Below, one piece after another: positions 38,453 through 52,699 of a DNA stretch of 64,000 nt. Where the stretch lies: NCBI RefSeq assembly GCF_006345805.1, contig NC_042999.1, positions 60,760,001 to 60,824,000 of the forward strand, given 5' to 3'. The notes under the pieces were generated by a model. The model saw only the letters and a list, made by a program, of their open reading frames with translations, was not told the DNA's origin and did no database searches. The stretch is from Octopus sinensis. Lineage: Eukaryota. A program made the translations under genes and the position numbers. Position 1 is the first letter of the stretch, and each line of letters starts with the position of its first letter.

Positions 38453-40489
38453 TATTTTAATAATTTGCCACTAGGGCAGCACACAGAGTAGCTGCGGGCT
38501 GGACAAGGACATTAATGGATGATGGTGGTGGTTGATGAAGATGGTAATGGGAGAAGTCAGAAAGCGCCCGCCGATTTTTGCTTCTCTAAAACAATGTTCT
38601 TTTTTTCAATAATTTACAAAATTTCAAAAATTACAAAAATTCAAAAAATTTTCACAAAAATTTCAATTTACAATTTACACTTCTAAAAGTCTCTTCAGAG
38701 GCAATAAACCTCTGTCACAATGTAACACAATTACAATTTTACGTTACCCGACCGATGAACTCTCTTGCTTTAATGACGTAATCGTCCATTGTCAAGCTTC
38801 CGCATACAGGTATGACTTGCAAGAGATCCTCCGGGAAAGAATTCTCGATCCTGCACATATCATTTTCGAGTAGGACCTCCGCAGCCAGCTGCGAAGGCCA
38901 CTCGGGATGCTCCATGCAGGACCGAAGTCCCTCCCATTGGTTTCTCTTCCTCCTCTTACGTATTTCATTTTCTACAGTGCCTCCTTTATGGAAGAGGACT
39001 ACATAAAATTTCTCCGGCATCACAATCGCCGGAGGACACATGGGAGACGCCATCTGGGTGTTACAGTCCGCTGGTGGCGTCCCGTTCCTCTTTTTCTTTC
39101 TCTTTTTACGCTGGGCCTCGGGAGGTTGAGGTTCCGGTGCTATACGCACCGGGTCCTCTTTTTCTTCCGAAGCCTCCGGTTCCTTTTGTGGGTTGCCATT
39201 GCTCCCCACTCTTCTTTTTCTTTTGGAGGAGGACCTTTCCCCCTCCTCACTCTGTTTCTCTCCCTCCATTGGTGGGGCAGGGAGAGGCTCTGATATTAAC
39301 CTCTCCAGGATCCTACTCTGGCTCCTGGGGCAGTTTTTCTTAATGTGGCCGGTCTCCGAACACAGGTGACACTTGGGGGCGCGTCCCTCAAGCATCACCG
39401 GATACTTGGATCCGGCCATCTTCAGGAAGTCCGGCAAAACCAGACTCTTGGCCGACTGGGTCCACAGAGTCAAAGTAGCCTTTGCCCCTTCCCAGTCAGC
39501 CGCAGGCTGTATTCTCACGTTCAGGATCTTGGCTCTACCACCACTCAGACCCCGGCGGATGGAATCTTCCACCCACTCGGGTTCAAAGCCGGGCGGCAGG
39601 CCGCAGACCCGTAAACGTATCAATTTTTCCCCCTTATAGCTTGGGAGAAACAGAATCTCTTCGCCCTCAATGGGCCTACTCGCGAAATCGCAAGCTGCTT
39701 TAGGGGAGTCAAACAGCAGCCAAATCGTGGCGTATTTGACTCCCCGTTGAATATGTTTTACGGCTGGCATACAGTCTGTCAGCTCGTTCATGATGGTGGC
39801 TTTTGGGAAAACCATTATGGAATCGAGCGACCTCGAATATGTCCTCAACACCACGGTTCTGTCCTCGAGCTCCTTTAAGTACTTTTTGGGAGGTGTTAAT
39901 TCCCACACTGTGAAATTCCTTGCCATAACGTAAGAAAAACAGTTCAAAATGTTACAAAATAAATTAGACACAGAAAGGAGAATGAAAAAAGCAACAGAAG
40001 GGAAGAAATAAAACTAAAATGGCAGTTCAAAAAAAGTTCTTTTTTTTTTACAAATGAATGATAGACGGAGAAAGAGAGTTCAAATTCAGACAAAGGAATT
40101 ATTTTTTCTTTTCTTTTCACTTTTTCGGCCAAAAATTGTATTCCAGGCCAAATACACTGTTGGTGAAACACCTTGGTAAAGTAATCCTTGGTAAATCCCG
40201 TGGATAACACAAGGACAATTTCAAAATATAATTTTTGCAGACGTACTACGCCGCCTCAAAAACACAATTTTCTTCACACCCGACAACAGGCAGAAAAATT
40301 ATATCCGGAGCAAAGTGGAGCCTTATTATCTGCTAAAAAAATATTTAATGCTAAAGAACATTAATGCAAGTAATAAAACTTCACTTTGCTCGCAAAAATA
40401 CAAAATTCCTACCTTTAGTCGAGTCGAAAGTTCAACAATTCACGTTGAAACAACGTGGAAACCGGAGCAGCAAAATAACACGTCCGAAC
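38453..40489 (-). mobile_element. ORF1/gag-only non-autonomous retroelement E2 (intact ORF), ~2.04 kb
   Basis: Flanked by AAGTAGCTTGCT at 40490-40501 and 38441-38452. ~560-nt T-rich 5' UTR, one ORF, ~290-nt 3' UTR ending aaataaa. No ORF2. Confidence 0.85.
38739..39926 (-). CDS. 395-aa L1/Tx1-type ORF1 (gag-like) protein: two putative RRM-like folds, CX2CX4HX4C knuckle, basic linker, conserved C-terminal segment
   Basis: Open frame from the ATG at 39926 (the track starts upstream at a GTG). Contains VMLEGRAPKCHLCSETGHIKKNCP and IRLRVCGLPPG. The RRM call is inference from Tx1 ORF1 architecture. Confidence 0.8.
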   Translation of the reverse strand: MARNFTVWELTPPKKYLKELEDRTVVLRTYSRSLDSIMVFPKATIMNELTDCMPAVKHIQRGVKYATIWLLFDSPKAACDFASRPIEGEEILFLPSYKGEKLIRLRVCGLPPGFEPEWVEDSIRRGLSGGRAKILNVRIQPAADWEGAKATLTLWTQSAKSLVLPDFLKMAGSKYPVMLEGRAPKCHLCSETGHIKKNCPRSQSRILERLISEPLPAPPMEGEKQSEEGERSSSKRKRRVGSNGNPQKEPEASEEKEDPVRIAPEPQPPEAQRKKRKKKRNGTPPADCNTQMASPMCPPAIVMPEKFYVVLFHKGGTVENEIRKRRKRNQWEGLRSCMEHPEWPSQLAAEVLLENDMCRIENSFPEDLLQVIPVCGSLTMDDYVIKAREFIGRVT

Positions 40490-40523
40490 AGCAAGCTACT
40501 TACCACACAGCCACTCCTGCGCC
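40490..40523 (-). mobile_element. 5' head of the split SINE-B
   Basis: GGCGCAGGAGTGGCTGTGTGGTAAGTAGCTTGCT, compare the intact copy head at 56060-56093. Confidence 0.9.
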
Positions 40524-43056
40524 TGTATTATTCGTGTAAATATACATTTATTCGGTGTGTATGTTATAAAGTGTGTTATATAACCTGCACATCTTCAAAG
40601 CCAAAGATCTATGCTATGTCTCTAATCTAATATACACATATACATGAATTAAAAATTGCTTCGAAAATGCTACTTTAAGGGTTTTCTCCGGCTGGAAAAG
40701 ACATCCCTATGTATTTCGAGTATTACATTAACTACATTAGCATCTTATCACTTGAGGACGAAAGATAGATGTTTACCGAAACACTTTGGTTTCTACGTAA
40801 ATGTAATTGATTTACCCAGAGAAATTACATGCATATAAACAAGTATATTTAATAGTTGAGAAATATCTAGCTATTACTTGATCAAACTAACTATGTCTAT
40901 CAGTTCAGTTTATCTATCTCCCTACCTCATACACATACACACACACGCACACACATACACGTATACATGTTGTATATATATTTATGAATATGTAAATATA
41001 TGTACTTATATATATATATATATATATATACACATACGCACACACACACCCCTTATATATATATATATAAAGTTTTCGCTTATGTTAAAACTTAAAGATT
41101 CATGAGAAATATAATGCTAACAAGCTTTCAGTGGGATTAATTAGAACGCGGATGACCAAACATTTTTTCTTATATCAGTGATACATAATTTGACTGGAAG
41201 CATGTAAGCTGAACAACTCCGTTGACAAGAAATGAAGGTTACTGTTGTAAAGAGTGTAAACGTAATTTTACACTTTATGTATACACAAGTGCGCACGAGT
41301 GTTCGCATGCTGTATGCGTATGTATAGTTTAGCTTAAATTTTCAAAATTGGTATTGTTCACGTCATGTTGACTTATGTATATATACTTCAAATTACAAAA
41401 TGATTCGAGAAGTGTGAAGAAGTTAGTAATACCAAAACTTCATTGTAGCATGTTCTCAGTCGGATATTCAGTCGCCTGATATAAAACAAATTCATCGAAT
41501 GACCGCACCAATGAAATTTGAATATTCAATTTCGTATATGGTTGCGTAAACGTTCGGTCCACAACTGTTTGATAAATCAAAGTATTACACAAATATTTTG
41601 ATTGTGACGGTAAAAGATATCAATTCTGAACACTTACTCAGGATGGAATCTTTATGAAACAAACGCTTCGTAATATATTCTAAAAAATTTAATATCAATA
41701 TTTTCCAATAATAATATATATTTACACAAATATATATAGAAAGACTTGATAGATTTCTCGAAGCGTGAAGTTGTACATTAAACTGACCCTTAAATTTATT
41801 TGAACTTCAACTTTATAACCTCTGTATATCATATTAACTCCTGTAAAAAACACCTAAAAAGCTCCACGAGGCTCCGGCAGGGGATGGTGGTGATCCCTGC
41901 TGTACTCTTTCACCACTCTAAAAGGCGGTGCTCCAGCATGGCCGCAGTCAAATGACTGAAACAAGTACAAAAATAAAAAAAAAAATAGGATATGATCAGT
42001 TTCGGAATGCGTAACGTATTTAATATATAAAGTTGTTTATGATTTTTCATATCGTATACATTACTTTGAAATAAAAAATGTAACAAATCAATACAAATAA
42101 TTTCACTTTCTGCCTCACATGATAATATAAATGTTAAAAAAAACATATCTAATGCTAGTAAATCTCAGTCATAAAACTGGCTCAATCACTTAAGCAATAA
42201 ATAATGACTGTTATTCGAAATTGATGTGTTACGCAGATATATTTAGAGTTGTTAAATCAATATTTAACGAATATACTCCGCTAACTACATTTAAATCACG
42301 TTGTAATTAACATCGGCATTGTTTCAGAAATTCAATAAGGTTTATCAAGATACATATGAACTTTGAAGTTTAGCAAACGTGAAAACGAAATCGTTTAGAA
42401 TAACTTATGTACCAAGCATTACGATGGTTGAGTATTTTGTCTCTAAATGTGTGTGTGTTTATGTTTTTGTCTCTGTTTGTGTGGGAGTGCGCATGTGTGT
42501 GTATGTGTGTGACCTTGTGTGTGCATGTGTGTGCGTGTGTGCGGGCCGATGTTTGTGTTTGTGGGTCTCCTGTTTTGAATAATTATATGTTTGTAATTAT
42601 ACCTCTAAATATTCTTATATATTTTGAGTAACCACATGAGAGAAGCCGCACCAATCGTGTAACGTAATCTCCTGCACAAAACAATTGAAAACATTTTCTT
42701 CGGTTAACTTAAATAAATAGTAATTTTGAATTCTTATTTCAAAAAGACAAGAGATTATACATCGAATAACTTTATACAGTGAAGATTACCCAACAAATTC
42801 AACAGCTTTTGTAATTGAACACGTGCATGAACTGAATCTTGTTTAATATATTATATTATTCACTTCAAAATCAGATAAAAACTAAATGAACTATTGAAAC
42901 GTGAGTCATTTCTGCTTCAAATACAAATATTCAATTAATCTACGTATACTGATTTCCGCAAAGTAAGTTTACACAAAGATACATAGATATTTTTCTGTAT
43001 TGCATACGCACAGAAAGCTTCTAAGTATATACAGAGGTATATGAATATATACATAT

Positions 43057-44120
<1,064 letters not shown>

Positions 44121-44811
44121 CTCATTATCTACCTTTCTATCTTCCATCACATTGCTTAATATGTAAATTTGCCTAATCTATAGTATTACACTGCAGATTG
44201 TATTTGCCGTGTAAGATTGTATTCATAGATACTTGTATTGATAATTATATTCATAGTTTGACGTGCCGATGAGGGAGCAATAACTCCTAAAATAGGCATA
44301 TACACCTATTACCCTATATATGTGTGTGTGCGCGTTTATGCGGGTCTGTTTGTCTATATATTTATACATAGACGCACACACATATATGTACATATTTGTC
44401 TGTACATATACATACATACACACATATATATACATATATACTTGCGTATGTATGAGTGAACGTCATGTTGTGTGTTTCTGCATTTACACATACAGGTGAA
44501 ATTCTTCGTGGGGTGAAAAGATGATTATTTGTAGCCACATATCATCTTTCTATTAAGAAAACGCAGTTGAATAATGCATGAAGATTTTCTGATACTGGTA
44601 TTCAGTATCTAATATAAATGGAGAAGAAAATATTGTGAAAATCAACGTATATTTTAATAAGTATTGTGAAATTGAGCATAAGTTTTATCGAGAGTCAGCA
44701 ACATCTGCTGTACTTTGGAAGATTCCCGCGTAATAATAAAAGATACGCACACACGCAAACTTGCTTACACATATATGCATATGCATATGCACTTTCCGAG
44801 ACACACGCGCA

Positions 44812-44857
<46 letters not shown>

Positions 44858-44975
44858 AATCACATATATATATATATACATTTGTATTCATCTATGTTCG
44901 TATATGAACATATATACAGGATTGTATGCATATTTACAAATATATATATATACATATATATATATACACACACAC

Positions 44976-45045
<70 letters not shown>

Positions 45046-45278
45046 CAAATATGTAGTTTCTTTCATCTGAATTTATGCTGACTCAGCTTCGTAAATCATG
45101 TTTAGTAATTATCAGTATGCACGCAAGGTTGTAGGGGAATACAATAATAAATATATACAAAAAGACAGGCAGATATAGGCAGATAAATACACAAACACAA
45201 ATACACACGCACACAAGGACACATAATCACATCATATTATAATGTACGTCTATCTATCTATCTATCTATCTATATATG

Positions 45279-45311
<33 letters not shown>

Positions 45312-45619
45312 AAAACTTATGTATATATATATACACATATATATACATATATTCATATATATATATATATATATATATGCATATATTTATGCATATGTAT
45401 TTATATATACGTATGAATATGTTCCTTTATAAGAGAGGTATCTGAAACATTATGCAACATTAAACTCACACCCATATATGCGCATCCATTTTAGTTTATA
45501 TATGAACATATATAAGTGTGTGTTGTGTAGATAAATGTGTGCTGGCGTATATAGAGCTACAGTACCCCATGTATGCATATATTCATAAAACCCATTTATC
45601 ACACACATACAAAGCAGAA

Positions 45620-45780
<161 letters not shown>

Positions 45781-46427
45781 GTATATATTATATATATATA
45801 TATTATATATATATATATTATATATATATATATATATATATGCACGCACATACACGAGCATTCGCTCACCTACTTAGTAGATATATGTTTCAATTTATAT
45901 CTGTAATTATCATATTATTATACATTATATAATAAACACGTACAAATACAGCCTCATATACATACGCACGATGCGTATGAAATTATTACGTATGAAGTTG
46001 CTCTATTTTATGTGCGTGTACCGGTGTAAATGTGATTGTTTGTGCATTCGTGGCAATGCGTGCGAGATATTTCGTATGATATCCATCTATCCTCTTACGT
46101 TATCAAATAAAATTGAATTTAACGCGACTAAAGTTATACGTGGTTTTATTCGCCCGACGGAAAAACGTTTTTTTCTATGTTATCTGAAAGCTTTCCTCTA
46201 AAAGCTGCTCACGTACACACAAAGGCATATGCACGCATGATGCGTCTATACACAATCACATACTAAGACACACACATACACACACACACATATATATATA
46301 TAAGTGTGTGTGTGTGTGTATATACATATATATATATACACACACACATATATATATATATATCCATATATGTACCTATATATATAACATATATATACAT
46401 ATATATATATAATATGTATACATATAC

Positions 46428-46470
<43 letters not shown>

Positions 46471-46541
46471 TTATAGATATATATATATATACTTATATAT
46501 TCATATATATGCATATACGTGTATCTATCTGTATATGTTTA

Positions 46542-46584
<43 letters not shown>

Positions 46585-47021
46585 TATATACATATATAAT
46601 TAAAAACGCGTGTATGTTTCTGGTGTGTATTCACTTAGGCATATACATATTCTTTTTGTGTGATTTAGATCGACATAGATACAATGTTTTGTGCCAAATA
46701 TGTTCTTCTGCCTCAATCTACGTGCGTTCCTTTAGCTTTCGTTCTCTTAATACGTACGTATGTGTGTGTGTGTGGGGGGGCATGGGTGTAATTCTTTCTT
46801 TCTGCTCTTATACACAATGTTACTTCAGACTGTGGCATTATATGTATTCGTGTCTGTTTACGTATACACACATACATGCATATGTATATACATACATACA
46901 TACATGCATATATACGTACGTACGTAGATACATACATACATGCATACATTCATTCATACATACATAAATACATACATACATACATACATACATAAAGCCA
47001 AACAGAAATACAGGTATTTTG

Positions 47022-47070
<49 letters not shown>

Positions 47071-47192
47071 GAGAGATAGATAGATAGAGATAGATAGATA
47101 GAGATAGATAGATAAATAGATAGACAGACAGACTGACAGACAGATAGATATATAGAGAGCTAGATAGCTAGCTAGCTAGCTAGCTAGCTAGC

Positions 47193-47231
<39 letters not shown>

Positions 47232-47734
47232 TTAAATGTATTTGCATTGTGCTAAAATAGAAGTACTAGAGCAGTTTGTTACACTGTATGCGCAAAATAT
47301 ATTAAGAAATTTCGCACACACATTAGCAATTACTCTTGTCTATTGATATTACTGCAACATACTTCAAAATGCCAACATGCGAATGTTATATGTATATGTG
47401 CATACATACGCATGCTTATATAAACGCACAGTTATGCGTGTGTGTGTGTATACATAACCAGACACTTATCTTCCACGCACTATTGCGCATATGAGTGTGT
47501 GAATGGTTGAAGTAGCAATAAAATAAAAAGTAATGTAATAGAAAATATGTTCAATCTGTTTAAATGCACATCCCTTCTAGACATGGATATGCATGCGCAC
47601 GCACAAAAATAAACCTTCACAAACAGATAAACGTATACACATATACACCCACCCAAAGAAACAAGCACTCTCCCCCCTCTCTCTCTCACACACACACACA
47701 TATATATATATACATGTATGTACGTAAGTATTTT

Positions 47735-48560
47735 AGGCTTACACAAAATTATCAAATTCAAAATTCAGCCTAAATCATTGAAACATACCAACCAGCGCAA
47801 GACTATATCCATTAACAACGGAACCAAAAGTGAAAAAAATGTGGTCCATCTAACTGTGGTACATGCCCCACTTTTTGGAGGGTTCAGAGTTCCACTTTAA
47901 ACAAGGTGAAACATTTAAGATTAAATCAAATTTCACCTGTGCCTCTGAAAACCTAATCTATGCTATTACATGTTTAGGGTGAGGTAATCATTATATTGGC
48001 CAAACAGGAATATCATTCCGTCAAAGAACGACTCTCCACAAAGAACAAACCCGCCACCCATAATACAGACAGATACAGGTCAGTGAACACATGGAAAGTT
48101 GTGCTAGGAACCTTATTCCTAATTTCCTAATTGTCCCCTTCTATCAATGGTCACAGAACAAATCAGTACAGCAAAGAATGAATAAAGAGGCAACTTTCAT
48201 CAAAAAATAACTTCCCGAACTTAATATGAACACATAACCTATTACACAACACTATTAACCTTTCAATTAATACCACTAAACCCCATACATCCCATACACC
48301 ATTTACATTACAGATTCATATCTACCCTAATTGCACCAAATTCAGAACTACTTACCACCTTTACACATAATCTTTTTACTCAGGGACTGATACACCCGGC
48401 ACCGTTCGGTAATCGATGCGCATTCAAATCAGTGAACAGTAATTTTACGAAACAGGTATGCCTTGAATCTCTTTAACAATTCGCAATAATGACTTTTATT
48501 ACTTTTATTCCTCTCTCAGTTCTTCTAATTGTATACATCTGTCGTTACTTTTCATAAAAA
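47735..48560 (+). mobile_element. Penelope-like element 3' end: GIY-YIG endonuclease remnant plus pLTR
   Basis: KCGPSNCGTC..FKIKSNFTCASENLIYAITCLG*GNHYIGQTG..VSEH..FLIVPFY..EATFIKK..PELNMNT* (stop at 48238), followed by a C-rich UTR. Confidence 0.8.
48422..48468 (+). ncRNA. Decayed hammerhead in the PLE pLTR
   Basis: attcaa/ttgaat stem I, gta-attt-tac stem II and GAAAC are intact. The core is mutated (atcagtga for CTGATGA; GCC for GUC). Probably inactive. Confidence 0.4.
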
Positions 48561-48668
48561 AAGCCTTTACATTTTTTCTTTCCAATGTGCATTTTCGTTT
48601 CTTTTTTCTTCTTAATTTCCCCTTACATTTCCACGTGTAGTTTCTACTTTCTTTTTGTAACATATTTG

Positions 48669-48715
<47 letters not shown>

Positions 48716-48771
48716 TATTTATGGACAGACAGATAGTTAGATAGATAGATAAATAGATAGATAGATAGATA

Positions 48772-49376
48772 AGTTTCTTTATTGGCCACACAGGGCTGCA
48801 CACAGATGGGACAAGTTATAAGGTAGAGCTTTTCTTTTGGGGGATGAAGAGAACAAAAAACAAAAGAAAAAAAAGGGGTGGCGTAGGTTTTCGATCAAGA
48901 GGGATCGTTAAAGGGAAGAAAAGAACAAAAAAAAGAATAAAAAGATAAAAAAGAAAAGGAAAAGCAACAGAAGAGAAGAGAAATGAAAAAAGAAGAAAAA
49001 AGGGGAAAAAAAGGGGAAGAGGAAAAAAAAAAGAACGATCAATAGGGATCGTGTATCATAGTGTTATGATATATGGTGTAAAGGGGAAAGCAAGTAAGGT
49101 TTATCCATGGGAAGAAAAGCCTACGAAAAAGACCACGGTAACCTTGGTCAATATTGTTATATGTTACCACATTTGTTTGCAAGTGGGTAACCCTGTGTTT
49201 TCAATTTCTGGGTTCATAGGATTATGCTCAAGGTGGCTTCGTCATTCATACGTGCCATCCTTGCTACATTCACCCATCTTTTTTTTAAAACATTCGCTAG
49301 ACAAAACTTGCCTCTCTACTCTCACTTTCCTCTTCAAGTGGTACTTGAAGAAGTTGATGAGGGATTGACCAGAGAG

Positions 49377-49377
<1 letters not shown>
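48772..49377 (-). mobile_element. 5'-truncated Tx1-like LINE in (TCTA)n
   Basis: LSGQSLINFFKYHLKRKVRVERQVLSSECF..WVNVARMARMNDEATLSIIL*; 3' end ctgtgtgcagccctgtgtggccaataaagaaa; (GATA)n on both sides. Confidence 0.75.
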
Positions 49378-49450
<73 letters not shown>

Positions 49451-49971
49451 TATATAGATAGATAGGTAGATAAATAGATAAATAGATACATAGACATATA
49501 GATAGATCTCCATTGTGTCTCATGCAAGTAATTTGACCTCAGGTCGTGCGTGTTTAAAATGCCGCAATTACGTGCTGGAAGAACCGCATGGTTATATAAG
49601 ATATCACAAAATCTGTTAAATTTTCGTTTCACCTATCAATATTATCAAACCTTTGTTCCCACCATTTCTGCGCAATGGTATGGCAGACTTCTCGAAAAAT
49701 GAAGAAAATATCAAGTGAACATTGTTCGATTTTTCTTATACGATTGAAATTCGGTCTATTTGAATAAATAATGAATGGAACATCTATGATATGAAAACTG
49801 TTATCTACTAGATTTGCTACTTTTGCTTCTCCGGGATGTTCAATTGATGTAGACCCTTCTGGCTGGTGAGGCATTAATAAGTGCGGAAAACCAATTAAGG
49901 CTGTTCATCATTGTTTGTATTCTGCAATGTCTCAAATTTTCATACTACGATGAGTGTTTGTATATATGTGT

Positions 49972-50008
<37 letters not shown>

Positions 50009-50774
50009 AGTATACTTGCTATAACATGCTTCTGTGATTCTATGTCTATTCGTGTGTGTATGTGTGTGTGTCTAAAGGTATACCTGCAATACTATGTTTC
50101 TATAATTGTGTGTGTGCACATATTTTGCATTCTAAGTGGTGAAGTCAGGTGGTATATACTCGTTAGTGTGTAAGACTCGTGACTGCGAGATCATGGTTTC
50201 CAATTTCTTGAACGGGCAGTGCGCTTTGTTCTTAAACAAAATACTCCATTTCACGTTGCTCTGCGATCACATCAGCATCTGTGTGATAAGCCGTGCACCT
50301 GTACAAAATCGATTTGATGGAGAGGATATAGATATGCTTATGTGAAACTCAAGTGTTTGATCACTATATGCAAATCAAGGATGCAGTTTGCTTTGCAGGG
50401 TGTGCAGAATCCTCATCTATTCTCTGCGACAGTATAGCCCACGATAGTGCATGCATACATGCATAAATAGATTGATATATAGGCAGTGATGGAAATATGC
50501 CATACAAATGACCATAATATATGTATTGTGACAGGCGAAAAGAGTTATGGCATTTAGCAGTACTTTTACCAGCCAATATCGAACGACGCGCATGCAGAAC
50601 CAGTACTGAACAACATCAGTACGTGACTGGTGAGCAGAAATAAAACATGATATAGATACTAAATCTAATGAAACTCTGACATCAGTTGCAAACATCGAAG
50701 CATCAGAGATATTGAGACTGTCTCAAAAATAAAAAATAAACGGTACAAGGGATTAAATGCGCTGAAGATGGCCC

Positions 50775-50826
<52 letters not shown>

Positions 50827-52699
50827 CAAACAGCATCTACTAAACAACTGCCACACATAAACACATAAAGCAATCGCTCAGATATAAATCAAACATCTTG
50901 CGTGTTGGCAGTGAACAAATTAAATAGCGCTAACCCCACAGAAATGCTCGGAGACAAATACAAACAACATGTCTATCATTGAATATATGCATAAATATCA
51001 AGTCAAGGACTATTAATGGAACTTACCCATCAAATGTTCTAAGTACAAGCACAACAAATCTTGATATGGTTATTTGGAAGAGAAAATGATTGATATAGTT
51101 TAGGTTAACTATTACCGAGTGTTAACTAAACTATGTGGAAACTACACATCAACCCTGCTACCATTACCACACGGATAATACTCGATTTGGATTTTTGGGT
51201 AATATGTTTGATCATCCTAGTCTTGTTACGGAGATTGGTATCGCTGTTAATCTCAGTTGGTTCGCCAGATTGAGGTGCATGCTCAATCGATAAATCACCC
51301 TATTGAAATATTGAAAATCACATTTAATACGCACGTTCCATAACCCTATTCCATCCGTACACAGCACATATCTTACTGAAGTTTGTACCGATTTCTTACC
51401 GTTGTTCAAAATAAAAAGGCATGAAGAGTCGTTAATTTCCTCTTTGGTTTTCCATTTTCAAGGCGATCTGAAGTACACGAAATACAAACTCTCTCTTCCT
51501 AAGTTTTCATCGACCGTCGTATGTGCAAAGGACAGACTGCAGTTATCTGCTTCTTTGAGTACTTGAAGTTTGATGTCGATGAAAGCTGAACGGACATTTT
51601 GGCCGACCCAACATGTTTTTAATTTGTCATCATAAAAAAACTTATTAACTTTCTGTGGATATTGGACAGGCTTCATTCTGCTTCTTCAAAAAGTCAATGA
51701 TGGTACACATCATTTCCCCATCAATGAAGAACAGGGATGATAATTACTATAGAGTAAGAGTTCTTATCCCTGTTCACTAACATATGCAGTCTGAATATCC
51801 GATAAAATTCTCTGCCAGCTTTTACTTTAATTTCAGTCCACCATATGTGCGTGCGCGCACTAGCATTTCCTGTACGTTGGTTTTACACCTTCAGTTGTGA
51901 TAGACAAATATAATTTATCCGTTTTATCATATAAAATGGACGAAATAATAGAAAGAAGTGATGAAAAGAGTAAGAGTATGCAGAAAATGGAAAAATAGAT
52001 TAGATAGCATGTACACGAAAACATTTCAGACTAAGTCCTTCTTGTGGGTGGGCATATGCACAAACATGTACGTGTGTGTCACAGAGAGAGAGAAGAGAGA
52101 GTGTGTGTATGTGTGTGTGTGTGTGTGTGTCTGTGTGAGTGTGTGTGTCTGTGTGTCTGTGTGTGTGTGTGTGAGTGTGTGTCTGTGTGTGTGTGTGTCT
52201 GTGTGTGTGTGTGTCTGTGTGTGTGTGTGTGGTGTGTGTGTGTGTGTGTGTGGGCGCGCAAAATTACATACATCTGTTGCCACTGTTTGTTATAGGCGGT
52301 CTGCAAATCTGTACGAGAACGTTTCTCGCCAACAGACAGAAGTGGACAATTCTTTTTCTCTGTTAAAGACTAGCAAGTACCTATTGAAGCCGTCCGTACA
52401 ATTCAAAGAAAAGGAAGATCCAATACAACATGATTGTAGTGTCACCGCAGATGTGGCTGTCAGAAAGCACAGTTGCAAAAATGAGCGCACAATATTCTGT
52501 TCAATGCTCTTCTGATTCTGCTTAATCCACCAACCTAGAGTCGTAGTTGGAATACCACGCTTTAGTTAGAAAGAGAGAGACGGGAGTGAAGACAGTGAGG
52601 GCTGGTATGAAATAGAATGGAGGACGGAGGCGGAGTGAAAGAAAGATGCAGAGAAAGATGTACACATGCATACATATGCATGAATGCGTGTAAGCATGT

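Noticed and set aside
37335-39703. Plus-strand ORFs overlapping E1 and E2
   Set aside because: Antisense shadow frames of the GC-richer gag-like ORFs.
38739-39926. E2 ORF as a domesticated host gene or LTR-retrotransposon gag
   Set aside because: It has TSDs, an A-rich 3' end, a decayed tandem paralog and no LTR, PBS or PPT, which fits a non-LTR-type insertion. Later domestication is not excluded.
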